Positions 19,144-28,856 of a stretch of 64,000 nucleotides of DNA are shown piece by piece. The notes under the pieces are model-generated. The model saw nothing but the letters and a program-made list of their open reading frames with translations, was not told the origin of the DNA and did not search any database. This stretch comes from an uncultured Bdellovibrionales bacterium. Its GTDB lineage: Bacteria > Patescibacteriota > Minisyncoccia > Moranbacterales > UBA1568. The DNA is taken from contig CAZTBI010000001.1 in NCBI GenBank assembly GCA_964612055.1, positions 71,957 through 135,956 of the forward strand. The letters are read 5' to 3'. Each line of letters opens with the position of its first letter. Position 1 is the first letter of the stretch. Position numbers and translations under genes: made by a program.

Positions 19144-19668
19144 ATGCAACATACGAAACAACAGAAAGAGGCTCTGGTGCAGCAAGTTACCGAGAGCATC
19201 AAGAGTTCCAAGGCGTTGGTTTTTGCCAACTACAAGGGCGTGACCGTAAAGGACATCACCGCTATTCGTCAGGAATTGCGTAAGAGTGGCTCGAGTTGGC
19301 AGGTGATGAAGAAGACGCTTCTCAATATTGCTCTCAAGAATGCCGGTGTCGAAGTTGATGCCCGAGCGCTCGAGGGACAGGTCGGTGTGGCGTTTTCTCA
19401 TGATGAAGTCGCTGCCGCCAAGGTTATCGCTGATTTCCAGAAGGCGCACAAAGAAGTAACACTTTCAATTGAAGGTGGAGCTTTGGGGACAAAGGCCCTC
19501 TCTGCTCTTGAGGTCAAGGCGCTTTCGAAACTGCCAAGTCAGGATGAAATGCGGGCCAAGCTCGTGGGTACACTTCAGGCTCCGATCGCCAGTTTTGTCA
19601 GAGTCATGGGTGGGAATCTCAGTGGATTGGTGCAGGTGCTGAAGGCTATTGAAGGGAAGAAGGCGTAA
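19144..19668 (+). CDS. rplJ: 50S ribosomal protein L10
   Basis: Typical L10 N-domain (KALVFANYKGVTVKDITAIRQELRK). Confidence 0.92.
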   Translation: MQHTKQQKEALVQQVTESIKSSKALVFANYKGVTVKDITAIRQELRKSGSSWQVMKKTLLNIALKNAGVEVDARALEGQVGVAFSHDEVAAAKVIADFQKAHKEVTLSIEGGALGTKALSALEVKALSKLPSQDEMRAKLVGTLQAPIASFVRVMGGNLSGLVQVLKAIEGKKA

Positions 19669-19708
19669 ATTCATTTGTTATTAAGTAAGTAATCATAACG
19701 TTAATCGT

Positions 19709-20110
19709 ATGTCAGAAGAAAAGAAGGACGTCGTTGTTCCAGAGAAGTTTGAAAAGCTCGTATCTGAGATTGAAAAGATGAGCGTGCTCGATCTTTCCGA
19801 ACTCGTTGGTGTGCTTGAAGACAAGTTTGGTGTTTCTGCTGCTGCTCCTGTGATGATGGGTGCTGCTCCAGCTGCTGCTGCCGAAGCTGCCGAGGAAAAG
19901 ACTGAATTCGATGTTGAACTGACTGCTGCTGGTGCTCAGAAGATCAATGTCATCAAGGTGGTTCGTGAAGTCACTGGTCTCGGTCTCAAGGAAGCCAAGG
20001 ATATGGTAGATGCTGCTCCAAAGGTTATCAAGGAGAAGATCGCCAAGGCTGATGCCGAAGCTATCGTGAAGAAGCTTGTAGAAGCTGGTGCAACTGCTGT
20101 TGCCAAGTAG
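19709..20110 (+). CDS. rplL: 50S ribosomal protein L7/L12
   Basis: N-terminal dimerisation helix, Ala/Pro hinge, C-terminal domain [24 protein letters not shown]. Confidence 0.95.
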   Translation: MSEEKKDVVVPEKFEKLVSEIEKMSVLDLSELVGVLEDKFGVSAAAPVMMGAAPAAAAEAAEEKTEFDVELTAAGAQKINVIKVVREVTGLGLKEAKDMVDAAPKVIKEKIAKADAEAIVKKLVEAGATAVAK

Positions 20111-20132
20111 GTTTCCAAAGCCTGCTCTTTTG

Positions 20133-20166
20133 AAATCCCTGCCGTAAGGTGGGGATTTTTGTTTTG
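20133..20166 (+). terminator. rho-independent terminator after rplL (GNRA-capped stem + T-run)
   Basis: cctgcc-GTAA-ggtggg stem including G-U pairs, followed by ATTTTTGTTTT. Confidence 0.6.
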
Positions 20167-20243
20167 ACAAAAAAAGACGAAAGGAGGATACTAATTCTGT
20201 TGTCAGATTTTTCTGACCTTTTCTTTTTTAAGGAGTAAACGCT

Positions 20244-22334
20244 ATGTCGCTCGAAATGGTACTATCTTTTTTCGTTCTGCTGCTCATCTCACTCGGAACG
20301 TATTTTATCTCCCGGCGCATCCGCCTGCCATATACGGTGCTCTTGGTGTTGGTCGGCTCGCTCCTGGTTCCACTCACACATTTTTCGTTCTTCTCTTTCC
20401 TCCAGGAATTCCGTCTGACACCTGAGCTCCTTTTCTACTTTTTCCTGCCTATCCTCATCTTCGAATCGGCGTATAACATGCGGGTGAGGGATCTCATGAC
20501 TAATATCCGGGCGGTTTCTTGGTTCTCGATTGGCAGTCTCATTATTTCCATGTTCTTCATCGCCTTCGCGCTCTATGCCGTGCTCTGGCTTATCGGGATG
20601 GAAGTGCCATTTTTGGCGACGTTGCTTTTCGGAGCGCTCATTTCCGCGACTGACCCTGTGGCGGTACTAGCGCTTTTCAAGGAATTCGGGGTTCCTCGCC
20701 GTCTAGCATTTCTTTTTGAGGGAGAAAGCCTCTTCAATGACGGGACATCACTCGCTGCTTTCCTGGTCGTTCTCGAAGTCATCCTCAAGGGCTTTTCTGG
20801 CGTGCCAACGATCCTTGAGGGTATCTTTACGTTTGGCACTATGGTGTTCGGCGGTGTCGCCTTTGGTATCTTCATGGGCTTCCTTTTTGCTAAGCTGATC
20901 GAGAAAGTCGAGGATAACGAACACATCGAGATTACGCTCACCATGCTTGTTGCGCACCTCACATTCATCCTTTCCGAGGTCATTTCACACTACTTCGTTC
21001 TGTTTGGCCAGGAGATAAAGCTTTCGTCTATCATCGCGACGGTGATGGCTGCCATGGTGATCGGCAACTACGGCCGTTCCAAGCTCTCCCTCACGAGTCA
21101 TCATTTTATGGAGAGTTTCTGGGGCTATTTCGCCTTTCTCGTGAACTCGCTCGTCTTTATTACTATGGGTTTCCTCTTCGCCAGCCTGCCGATTGAACTC
21201 AAGCAGTTCATCCTCCCGATTATCCTGACGGTCGTGGTTGTGGCAGTCGGTCGGGCACTCTCCATATATCCGGTCGCCAAGTGGCTCAACCGGAGCAAGA
21301 AGGAAGAGGAAATCCCGCTCAATTGGCAGCATCTGCTCTCCTGGGGGAGTCTGCGTGGAGCGCTCGCTGTCATCATGGTGCTGCTCATTCCGGATGGACT
21401 GACCCTTCCAGGTTGGCAGTTCGATTTTACACTGAAGGAATTCATCACAGCGCTCACGATCGGCTGCATCTACTTCACGTTGTTCGTAAAGGCGCTCAGC
21501 ATAGGATCCATGATTAGAAAGTACAAGCTTGATGCTCTGACTCCGGTTGAGCAAGCAGGATACCGACAGGCCCGCTCTCTCATTCTTTCGTTCGGACAGG
21601 GAAAACTTGATGATTTTCTCGAGAAGCATTACATGAATACGGCTACTTATGAGAAATTGAAGCAAGATGTCTGCTTAAAGCAGGATCTTGAACGGAAGGA
21701 GTGCCGAAGCATCATTGAGATGAATGAGAATGATTTTGAAGAAGCGCTTCGTGTCTATGCTCTTGGTATAGAGAAGCACTTTTTGGGATTACTGTTCCAG
21801 TATCAAGAGGTGAGCGAGCCCGTCTATAAACGGGTCCTGACCAAGCTTGATGTCCAGCTCGAGCGCGTGGAACGGGGCGGACTTCAGACACAGTCTCTCG
21901 ACGAGGATTTTGAACCGGATTGGTTCGAGCAGATCGCGGCTTTTATGAGAAGAGCTCTTTTTATACGCCAGGAAGAGGCCGATCGGTTGAAGGATCAATA
22001 TATGTATTACCGGGCGCAGGAGATCATCGCTCGCAAGGTGATCAAGGAATTTAAGCGGCTCAAGAATCATCCGGCATTTAATTTTGAGACGTACGATATT
22101 CTTTTGGAGAGGGTAGTGAACACGTATCAGATCTTTCACGACGATGCCGCTACCAGGAAACAGATGCTTCTGTCTGGTCATGAAGAGCTTCTTTCGGCGC
22201 TTGATCAGGAATTTGGCAGTGAGAGTTTGCACAAAGCCTTTGTTGATGGATTGCATCAACTGACACGCAAGAACATGTTGCCTGGGAAACTTGCTATTCT
22301 CTTACGGGAAGAGTTTACTTCCAAAGAGTTTTAG
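20244..22334 (+). CDS. monovalent cation:proton antiporter, CPA1/NhaP family, with ~270-aa cytoplasmic C-terminal domain
   Basis: About 12 TM segments with the NhaP/NHE motif FLFEGESLFNDGTSLAAF, then a long soluble charged tail. Confidence 0.85.
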   Translation: MSLEMVLSFFVLLLISLGTYFISRRIRLPYTVLLVLVGSLLVPLTHFSFFSFLQEFRLTPELLFYFFLPILIFESAYNMRVRDLMTNIRAVSWFSIGSLIISMFFIAFALYAVLWLIGMEVPFLATLLFGALISATDPVAVLALFKEFGVPRRLAFLFEGESLFNDGTSLAAFLVVLEVILKGFSGVPTILEGIFTFGTMVFGGVAFGIFMGFLFAKLIEKVEDNEHIEITLTMLVAHLTFILSEVISHYFVLFGQEIKLSSIIATVMAAMVIGNYGRSKLSLTSHHFMESFWGYFAFLVNSLVFITMGFLFASLPIELKQFILPIILTVVVVAVGRALSIYPVAKWLNRSKKEEEIPLNWQHLLSWGSLRGALAVIMVLLIPDGLTLPGWQFDFTLKEFITALTIGCIYFTLFVKALSIGSMIRKYKLDALTPVEQAGYRQARSLILSFGQGKLDDFLEKHYMNTATYEKLKQDVCLKQDLERKECRSIIEMNENDFEEALRVYALGIEKHFLGLLFQYQEVSEPVYKRVLTKLDVQLERVERGGLQTQSLDEDFEPDWFEQIAAFMRRALFIRQEEADRLKDQYMYYRAQEIIARKVIKEFKRLKNHPAFNFETYDILLERVVNTYQIFHDDAATRKQMLLSGHEELLSALDQEFGSESLHKAFVDGLHQLTRKNMLPGKLAILLREEFTSKEF

Positions 22335-22383
22335 TTTTTCTTGAGCTAAGGTATACTAGGAATACTATCATTATCTGCTTTCT

Positions 22384-22989
22384 ATGACCTTTTTTGGGAT
22401 CGACCTTGTTTCGCTTATTGAAACTATCGGGTATATCGGAGTATTTAGTATTGTTTTTGCAGAGACTGGTCTTTTTCTCGGATTTTTCTTTCCGGGGGAT
22501 AGTCTACTTTTTGTAGCGGGTTTCCTCGCTTCTCAGGAAATTTTCTCTCTCCCGTTTCTTATGGTAGGTATTTTCTTGTCTGCGGTGCTTGGTAATTTTT
22601 TCGGCTACGAGTTTGGAAAACGGGTGGGACCGAAGCTTTTTAGTCGGGAAGATTCTCTCATTTTCAAGAAAGCCCATGCCTTGAAGGCACAGGCTTTCTA
22701 TGAAAAACATGGACCAAAAACGATCGTTTTGGCACGTTTCATGCCTATTGTCCGCACCTTCGCTCCGATTGTAGCTGGTATTGCCAATATGCATTTCCGC
22801 ACCTTCTTCATCTACAACTTGGTTGGGGCGCTTTTATGGACTTTGGGATTGGTACTTATGGGGTATTCGCTCGGCAGCGTCATCGACGTTGATCGTTATC
22901 TCCTCCCCATCATCCTTTTGATCGTTTTTCTCTCCTTTTTGCCTGGTATCATTGGGTATCTCAAGGAGCGTTCGCAGAGGGGAAAATAG
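22384..22989 (+). CDS. DedA/TVP38 family membrane protein
   Basis: Motifs GDSLLFVAGFLA and ARFMPIVRTFAPIVAGIANM with the typical DedA topology. Confidence 0.85.
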   Translation: MTFFGIDLVSLIETIGYIGVFSIVFAETGLFLGFFFPGDSLLFVAGFLASQEIFSLPFLMVGIFLSAVLGNFFGYEFGKRVGPKLFSREDSLIFKKAHALKAQAFYEKHGPKTIVLARFMPIVRTFAPIVAGIANMHFRTFFIYNLVGALLWTLGLVLMGYSLGSVIDVDRYLLPIILLIVFLSFLPGIIGYLKERSQRGK

Positions 22990-23136
22990 GGGAAGTCGTG
23001 GTTTTGACAAAAATTGGAAAAAGAGTAAGATGGGAATGTTCCTAAAAGATGGTTTCAGACCCTCTTTTCTTTTTTCCGCCAGAGGGTGGATCCGCCTTGG
23101 GCGGAGGGTAGACTGATATGGTTGAATTTCTCTGCT

Positions 23137-23673
23137 ATGTATCGCTTGCTCCGAAAAATCGTGACGACTCCAAAATTGATCATTCCAGAGCAGGAACTGC
23201 TTAGTCTGGATACGGCTGTTTTGGGCGAGAAAATAGAGGCTTCTGTAAAGAAACTGTTCCAGGGCTCGCTCGCTATCCGCGAAGTGGCAGCTGGTTCCAG
23301 TAATGCAGAAGAACAAGAATTGACAGCACTTGGCAATGTTTATTACGATGTCGAGCGTTTTGGTATTCACTTTGTGGCCTCTCCTCGACATGCCGATATG
23401 TTGTTTGTGACTGGTCCAGTATCACGCAATATGGCTGAGGGATTGCGTCATACCTATGATGCTATGCCGACACCGCGTTTTGTCGTCGCTATCGGTGATG
23501 GTGCCATTGACGGAGGTATCTATCGTGATTCCTACGCTATTCACAACAGTGTCGAAGAAATTATCCCGGTTGATTTCAAGATTCCTGGTGATCCGCCATC
23601 TCCAAAGGTTGTTTTGGCATCGCTACTCCATATTTTCCAGGATCTCGAGTCGCAGAATCTTCTGAATAAGTAG
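23137..23673 (+). CDS. NuoB/HyfI-like small subunit of a group-4-hydrogenase/complex-I-like module, Fe-S ligand cysteines all substituted
   Basis: The conserved NuoB core is present (ERFGI..ASPRHADMLFVTGPVS...IIPVDFKIPGDPPSP). The four N2-cluster Cys positions read S, S, D, D (AAGSSNAEE for LACCA, IGDGAIDGG for GACA, PGDPP for PGCPP). Confidence 0.8.
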   Translation: MYRLLRKIVTTPKLIIPEQELLSLDTAVLGEKIEASVKKLFQGSLAIREVAAGSSNAEEQELTALGNVYYDVERFGIHFVASPRHADMLFVTGPVSRNMAEGLRHTYDAMPTPRFVVAIGDGAIDGGIYRDSYAIHNSVEEIIPVDFKIPGDPPSPKVVLASLLHIFQDLESQNLLNK

Positions 23674-23678
23674 TTCAT

Positions 23679-25742
23679 ATGGATATTCTTCTCTCACCAA
23701 TCGGCGTCCTCACTTTTGTAACGATATTTCTCGTCGGTGCTTTCGGCGCTCTTTTTCTCTCTCGTTTTCTTAATGATCAGGGAAGATGGGCTGGATATTT
23801 CGCTCATGGGGCAGCGCTTCTTGGTTCGCTTCTCGCGTTGTTTATCGCAGCTGGTGTTCTGCTTTCTGGTCAGGGGATTGCCTTCTCTCTTCCCAGTGTT
23901 TTGCCTGGGGTGCTGAATTTTGATTTCAGGCTTGATGGTCTAGCTGCTTTTTTCTTAGGGGTCATAGCACTGATCGCAACTGCATCGTCCTTGTACGGAT
24001 TTTCCTATCAAAAGCATTTCTACGGTAAGTACGATCTTGGTTACCTTGGTTTTTTCTACAATGTATTCATCATTAGCACCATGTTGGTGACGTTGGCCAA
24101 TCAGGCGCTGTTCTTTCTCTTGGTTTGGGAATGCATGTCTCTTGCCTCATACTTCCTCGTTATCTATGAGTATCGAAAAAAAGAAAACATTCGCGCCGGC
24201 TACCTCTATTTCTTGATGACGCATTTCGGAACGCTGTGTATCATGCTGGCATTTTTCTTTGCTTACAAGGCAATTGGTTCTTTTGATTTCGATGCTTGGC
24301 GAGCGGCAGCAGGAACAGTAACTTCGGGAATGCAGACGCTTATTCTTTCCTTCGCTCTCATTGGTTTTGGTATCAAGGCTGGTATTATTCCGCTTCATAT
24401 TTGGCTACCTGGTGCTCACTCGGCTGCTCCGACCCATGTTTCTGCACTTCTTTCGGGGGTCATGATCAAGACGGCTATTCTCATGTTCATTCGCTTCTTC
24501 TTTGACTTCTTTCCAGGCGCACCACTGGAGTGGGGGCTCATCTTCTTGGTCTTGGGAGGCATTTCCTCGCTTCTGGGAGTGTTATACGCGCTCTCAGAGC
24601 ATGATATCAAGCGTCTTTTGGCCTATCACAGCATTGAAAATATCGGTATCATCTTGCTCGGAGTAGGGGCGGGGATTACTTTTTTTGCTCTTGGACTGGA
24701 AACGTTTGCTCTCTTTGCCTTGGCAGCAGCGCTGTATCACACGATGAACCACGCTATTTTCAAGGCACTGTTGTTCTTGGGTGCTGGTTCGGTTGTTTCG
24801 GCGACAGGGACACGTAATATGGAATCCTACGGGGGATTGATTCGCGTTCTTCCTTACACCGCATTTTTCTTTCTCATCGGATCACTCGCTATCTCTGCTT
24901 TCCCGCCGTTCAATGGTTTTGCGAGTGAATGGCTTACTTTTCAGGCCTTGTTTGTTGGTATCAGTTCAGCGAGCGTTGTCGTCAAAGCGGTATTTATCTT
25001 TGCTATCGGGAGCCTGGCCTTTACTGGGGGATTGGCAGCGGCTTGTTTCGTCAAAGCGTTTGGAACGACCTTTTTAGCCCGTTCTCGTAGTGCTGCCCCT
25101 TTGGAAGGGGTGCACGAAGGGGGAGTGTTGATGTTCGTAGCGATGGGACTTTTGGCGCTCCTCACACTGGTCCTTGGATTTTTTTCAACGGTCGTGATTG
25201 CTTCGCTTGTAGGAGTAGTGGCGAGTATCGGACTTTCTGATCCGCTCACGCTTCGTTTTCCATTTACTGAATTTATCGAAGCACGTCATCAATTTGCTGA
25301 TGTCTTGCCGCTTGATATGGTCGCAATACTGTTGGTCGCGGTACTTGCGATAGTGGTCGCGGTAGTCACTTGGGGGACGCGTGCTCGGAAAGTTGTCATC
25401 GGTACGACTTGGGATTGTGGTACGCCACTGACCAATCGCACAGAAGTGACGGCGACGAGTTTTTCCCGTGCTTTGATAACAATCTTCCGGGGGGTTCTTC
25501 GTCCGACCAAGCAGACGGAAGTGGAGTATCATGATGAAAAGATGCGTTACTTCATCAAATCACAAGAAGTGAAGACATCGATCGGTGATCCGTACCGAAA
25601 GGCCCTCTATCATCCGCTCAATGCCATTCTTCTTTTCATTGCTTCGAAGGTGCGCCGTATTCATACCGGTAATGTCAACATTTATATTCTCTATATCTTT
25701 GTCACCCTCCTTATCCTCTTAGTGTGGACACTCCGCGCCTAA
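23679..25742 (+). CDS. NuoL/MrpA/HyfB-like antiporter-type membrane subunit
   Basis: 687 aa, polytopic. WECMSLASYFLV...GIIPLHIWLPGAHSAAPTHVSALLSGVMIKTAI are motifs of NuoL/HyfB. Confidence 0.85.
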   Translation: MDILLSPIGVLTFVTIFLVGAFGALFLSRFLNDQGRWAGYFAHGAALLGSLLALFIAAGVLLSGQGIAFSLPSVLPGVLNFDFRLDGLAAFFLGVIALIATASSLYGFSYQKHFYGKYDLGYLGFFYNVFIISTMLVTLANQALFFLLVWECMSLASYFLVIYEYRKKENIRAGYLYFLMTHFGTLCIMLAFFFAYKAIGSFDFDAWRAAAGTVTSGMQTLILSFALIGFGIKAGIIPLHIWLPGAHSAAPTHVSALLSGVMIKTAILMFIRFFFDFFPGAPLEWGLIFLVLGGISSLLGVLYALSEHDIKRLLAYHSIENIGIILLGVGAGITFFALGLETFALFALAAALYHTMNHAIFKALLFLGAGSVVSATGTRNMESYGGLIRVLPYTAFFFLIGSLAISAFPPFNGFASEWLTFQALFVGISSASVVVKAVFIFAIGSLAFTGGLAAACFVKAFGTTFLARSRSAAPLEGVHEGGVLMFVAMGLLALLTLVLGFFSTVVIASLVGVVASIGLSDPLTLRFPFTEFIEARHQFADVLPLDMVAILLVAVLAIVVAVVTWGTRARKVVIGTTWDCGTPLTNRTEVTATSFSRALITIFRGVLRPTKQTEVEYHDEKMRYFIKSQEVKTSIGDPYRKALYHPLNAILLFIASKVRRIHTGNVNIYILYIFVTLLILLVWTLRA

Positions 25743-25751
25743 TTTTCGCTT

Positions 25752-26717
25752 ATGGACATTCTTATTTTTCTCCTCCAATTCCTCTTCATCCCAATGGTTT
25801 CGCCACTGGCTGTTGGCATTATTCGCAAGGTGAAGGCTCATATGCAGAATCGTGTGGGAGCGAGTATTTTCCAGCCCTACCGTGATTTGTGGAAATTGTT
25901 TCATAAGGACGAGGTTATTTCACAGGAAACATCTTGGATCTTTCGTTTTGCCCCGTATCTGATTTTCTCTATCACAGTTTTGATCGGAGCCAGTGTCCCG
26001 ATCATTACTACCGTTATTCCTTCGCTTTTTGAAGGATCTTCTTTTGTTCTTTCTTTGTTACCGAGCGGAGATTTTATCACGATCATCTACCTCTTTGCGC
26101 TGGCAACCTTTTTCTTGGCTCTTGCTGGTATGGATGCGGGGAGTGGTTTCGGGGGATTTGGTTCTAGTCGTGAAATGACCATGGCAGCCTTGGCTGAGGG
26201 TGGACTCTTCTTCTCTCTTCTCGTGGCCTCAGCCATCGCTCAAACGGGTAATGTCATGACCATGGTAGGAAGTTTGCAAGCACTTCCTTTTCAAGCCTAC
26301 ATCCCACTTTCTATTGCTTTCATTGCATTCTTCATCGCGCTTTTAGCTGAAAACTCACGCTTCCCGGTTGATAATCCTGCGACGCACCTTGAATTGACCA
26401 TGATTCATGAAGCCATGATCTTGGAGTACTCGGGAAAGCGCTTGGCGCTTATCGAATGGGCAAGTTGGAGCAAGCTTTTGGTGTTTATTGCCTTGGGTGC
26501 GAATATTTTCTTTCCGTGGGGAGTGGCGACGTCGTTTGTGCCGCAGACGCTTTTTGTAGCGATGCTGTGGTTTGCCGCGAAAGCCACTTGTTTTCTTTTT
26601 GCTATCGCCTTTATCGAGTCAACTATGGCGAAATTCCGTATCTTCCGTGTTCCTGACCTCCTCTTCACTTCTTTTGTTCTCTCAGTGATTGCGCTTGCTA
26701 TTACGATTACCTTTTAA
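25752..26717 (+). CDS. NuoH/HyfC(HycD)-like membrane subunit
   Basis: 321-aa polytopic protein resembling formate hydrogenlyase subunit 4 / NuoH (FRFAPYLIF..., FGGFGSSREMTMAALAEG). Confidence 0.75.
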   Translation: MDILIFLLQFLFIPMVSPLAVGIIRKVKAHMQNRVGASIFQPYRDLWKLFHKDEVISQETSWIFRFAPYLIFSITVLIGASVPIITTVIPSLFEGSSFVLSLLPSGDFITIIYLFALATFFLALAGMDAGSGFGGFGSSREMTMAALAEGGLFFSLLVASAIAQTGNVMTMVGSLQALPFQAYIPLSIAFIAFFIALLAENSRFPVDNPATHLELTMIHEAMILEYSGKRLALIEWASWSKLLVFIALGANIFFPWGVATSFVPQTLFVAMLWFAAKATCFLFAIAFIESTMAKFRIFRVPDLLFTSFVLSVIALAITITF

Positions 26718-26724
26718 CACGAGT

Positions 26725-27384
26725 ATGCTCGAACATTCCCGCGAACTCTATTTCTCACTTGATCTCATCGCATTTCTCGCGACGATTGTTATGCATGTGA
26801 TCAAGACGAATCGCAACCTCATTCGTCTCTATTTACTCCAGTCCTTGGTAGTAGGAATTTTCCTCTTGAGCCTCGGTCTGACCGAAGGGAATAACGGCCT
26901 TATATTTGTGGCTGGACTGACGCTTTTGATCAAGGTGGTTCTGGCTCCTATCTTCTTTTCTCGATTGGTGCGTCGCTATGGAACACGTTTTACAGTCAAT
27001 AATTACCTCTCGACACCGCTCACCCTTATTGTTCTTACGGCATTGGTTCTCTTTTCTTATTCACGCGTCTTTCTTCCGCTCAGTATTTTGGTACCAGAGG
27101 CGTTGGGGCTCTTCCCGCTCAATCTGGCAGTCATCCTGATTTCGATTTTCATGCTTATCAACCGACGCGGAGCCTTCTCTCAGATGATTGGCATCTTATC
27201 GCTTGAGAATAGCATCCTTCTCCTGGCTGCATTTATCGGTATCAAGCAGCCGCTGGCGCTTGAAGTGGGAATTATTTTCGATATTGTTATCTGGATGATT
27301 ATTGCTCAAGTATTTATTTCCATGATCTATAAACAATTTGGATCGCTCAACGTCACTCAGATGAAGCGTCTTATTGAAGAGTAA
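26725..27384 (+). CDS. HyfE-like (NuoK-related) membrane subunit
   Basis: Pattern IGILSLENSILLLAAF...ALEVGIIFDIVIW...QFGSLNVTQMKRL parallels the E. coli HyfE C-terminal half. Start is ATG 26725 (the ORF's upstream TTG at 26689 overlaps the previous gene). Confidence 0.65.
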   Translation: MLEHSRELYFSLDLIAFLATIVMHVIKTNRNLIRLYLLQSLVVGIFLLSLGLTEGNNGLIFVAGLTLLIKVVLAPIFFSRLVRRYGTRFTVNNYLSTPLTLIVLTALVLFSYSRVFLPLSILVPEALGLFPLNLAVILISIFMLINRRGAFSQMIGILSLENSILLLAAFIGIKQPLALEVGIIFDIVIWMIIAQVFISMIYKQFGSLNVTQMKRLIEE

Positions 27385-27389
27385 ATTCT

Positions 27390-28844
27390 ATGCTGCTTAC
27401 CTTCCTCATTTCATTGCCACTCCTCGCTGCTTGTTTCATTGGCCTGCTTCAGTCAAAGCATGTCCGTGTGATTGAAAGAGCAGTGTTTGTTTCGAGTGTT
27501 CTCGAGCTTGGATTGATTCTGTCGCTCCTTCCGCAGGTAGTGACTCGGGGTTCAGTGGAGGCGTCGGCCCTTTTCTCGCTTGATCCGCTCGGAGCCTTCC
27601 TTTCTCTTCTCATTGCTTTGGTCGGTTTCTTTGCGAGTCTGTATTCAATCGGATACTTGCGTGCTGAAGTACAGAAAGAAATTATTGGGCTGCGGCGTGT
27701 TCGTCAGTATTTTCTTCTTCTCAAACTTTTCATGTTTGCCATGTTTTTGGCCGTAGCGACCATGAGTCCGATGGTCATGTGGATTGCTATCGAAGCAACG
27801 ACGCTTTCAACGGCATTCCTGATTAGTTTCTACAACAAGCAATCCGCGATAGAGGCCGCCTGGAAGTATCTTATTATCAACTCTCTTGGACTCCTCCTCA
27901 GTCTTTTGGGAACGCTCTTGTTTCTGGCGCTGCCAGAAGCACGCGAAAGTGCTTTTACCTGGGAAGCTCTTGCGGAAAATGCCGCCAATCTTTCTCCGCT
28001 TATCATCAAGATAGCCTTCATCTTCGTCTTGGTTGGGTATGGAACGAAGGTGGGCTTGGTACCGCTCCATACTTGGAAGCCGGATACGTACGCCAAGGCA
28101 CCGACACCGATTGCGGCACTGCTTTCGAGCGTACTCTTAAACGTTGCCTTTTTTGCAATCTTGCGCTTTAAGGGGGTGACGGATGCTGCTCTGGGTTCAA
28201 ATTTCGCTTCTGAGCTCCTCATTTTCTTTGGTATGCTCTCACTTGGTTTTGCTGCCCTCATCATTTTTGTACAGACGAATTACAAGCGCCTTCTCGCGTA
28301 CTCGAGCATTGAGCATGCTGGACTCTTGGCTCTGGGATTTGGTTTCGGAGGTGTTGGCGTGTTCGCTTCGCTTCTCCATATGCTCTACCATGCCTTGGGG
28401 AAAACACTTATCTTCTTTGCGGCAGGAAATATTTTCTTGAAGTATAGTTCGACCAAGATGCGTCATGTCACTGGCATGGTGAAGACCCTGCCGCTTTCTT
28501 CAATCGTCTTGTTCATAGCATTTATCGCCCTCTTAGGCCTGCCGCCTTTTGGTTTATTTATGACAGAGTTCCTGCTTCTTTCAGCGGGTATGGAGCAGTA
28601 CCCGTATCTGGTTATTGCCGCTCTCTTGTCATTGGCCGTTGTTTTCTTTGGATTCCTGAGACATCTCATGGGGATGTTCTTTGGTGAAGTGCCACAGGGC
28701 ATCGAATGTGGCGAGTCTAACAAGCTTACACAGCTTCCACTCCTTCTGGTTTTGGCCCTCCTTCTGGTTTTGAGCTGGTATTTACCTGAGACGTTGTCGG
28801 CGCTTATAGAGCTTGCAGCACGGGGTCTTTCGCTTCATTCTTAG
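27390..28844 (+). CDS. NuoN/NuoM/HyfF-like antiporter-type membrane subunit
   Basis: 484 aa with WIAIEATTLSTAFLISF...GYGTKVGLVPLHTWKPDTYAKAPTPIAALLSSV, motifs of the NuoM/N/HyfF family. Confidence 0.85.
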   Translation: MLLTFLISLPLLAACFIGLLQSKHVRVIERAVFVSSVLELGLILSLLPQVVTRGSVEASALFSLDPLGAFLSLLIALVGFFASLYSIGYLRAEVQKEIIGLRRVRQYFLLLKLFMFAMFLAVATMSPMVMWIAIEATTLSTAFLISFYNKQSAIEAAWKYLIINSLGLLLSLLGTLLFLALPEARESAFTWEALAENAANLSPLIIKIAFIFVLVGYGTKVGLVPLHTWKPDTYAKAPTPIAALLSSVLLNVAFFAILRFKGVTDAALGSNFASELLIFFGMLSLGFAALIIFVQTNYKRLLAYSSIEHAGLLALGFGFGGVGVFASLLHMLYHALGKTLIFFAAGNIFLKYSSTKMRHVTGMVKTLPLSSIVLFIAFIALLGLPPFGLFMTEFLLLSAGMEQYPYLVIAALLSLAVVFFGFLRHLMGMFFGEVPQGIECGESNKLTQLPLLLVLALLLVLSWYLPETLSALIELAARGLSLHS

Positions 28845-28856
28845 TATTTTTCTCTT

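Noticed and set aside
20573-21665. Minus-strand ORFs (136 and 226 aa) within the antiporter gene
   Set aside because: They are antisense to a well-conserved CPA1 transporter and carry no motifs.
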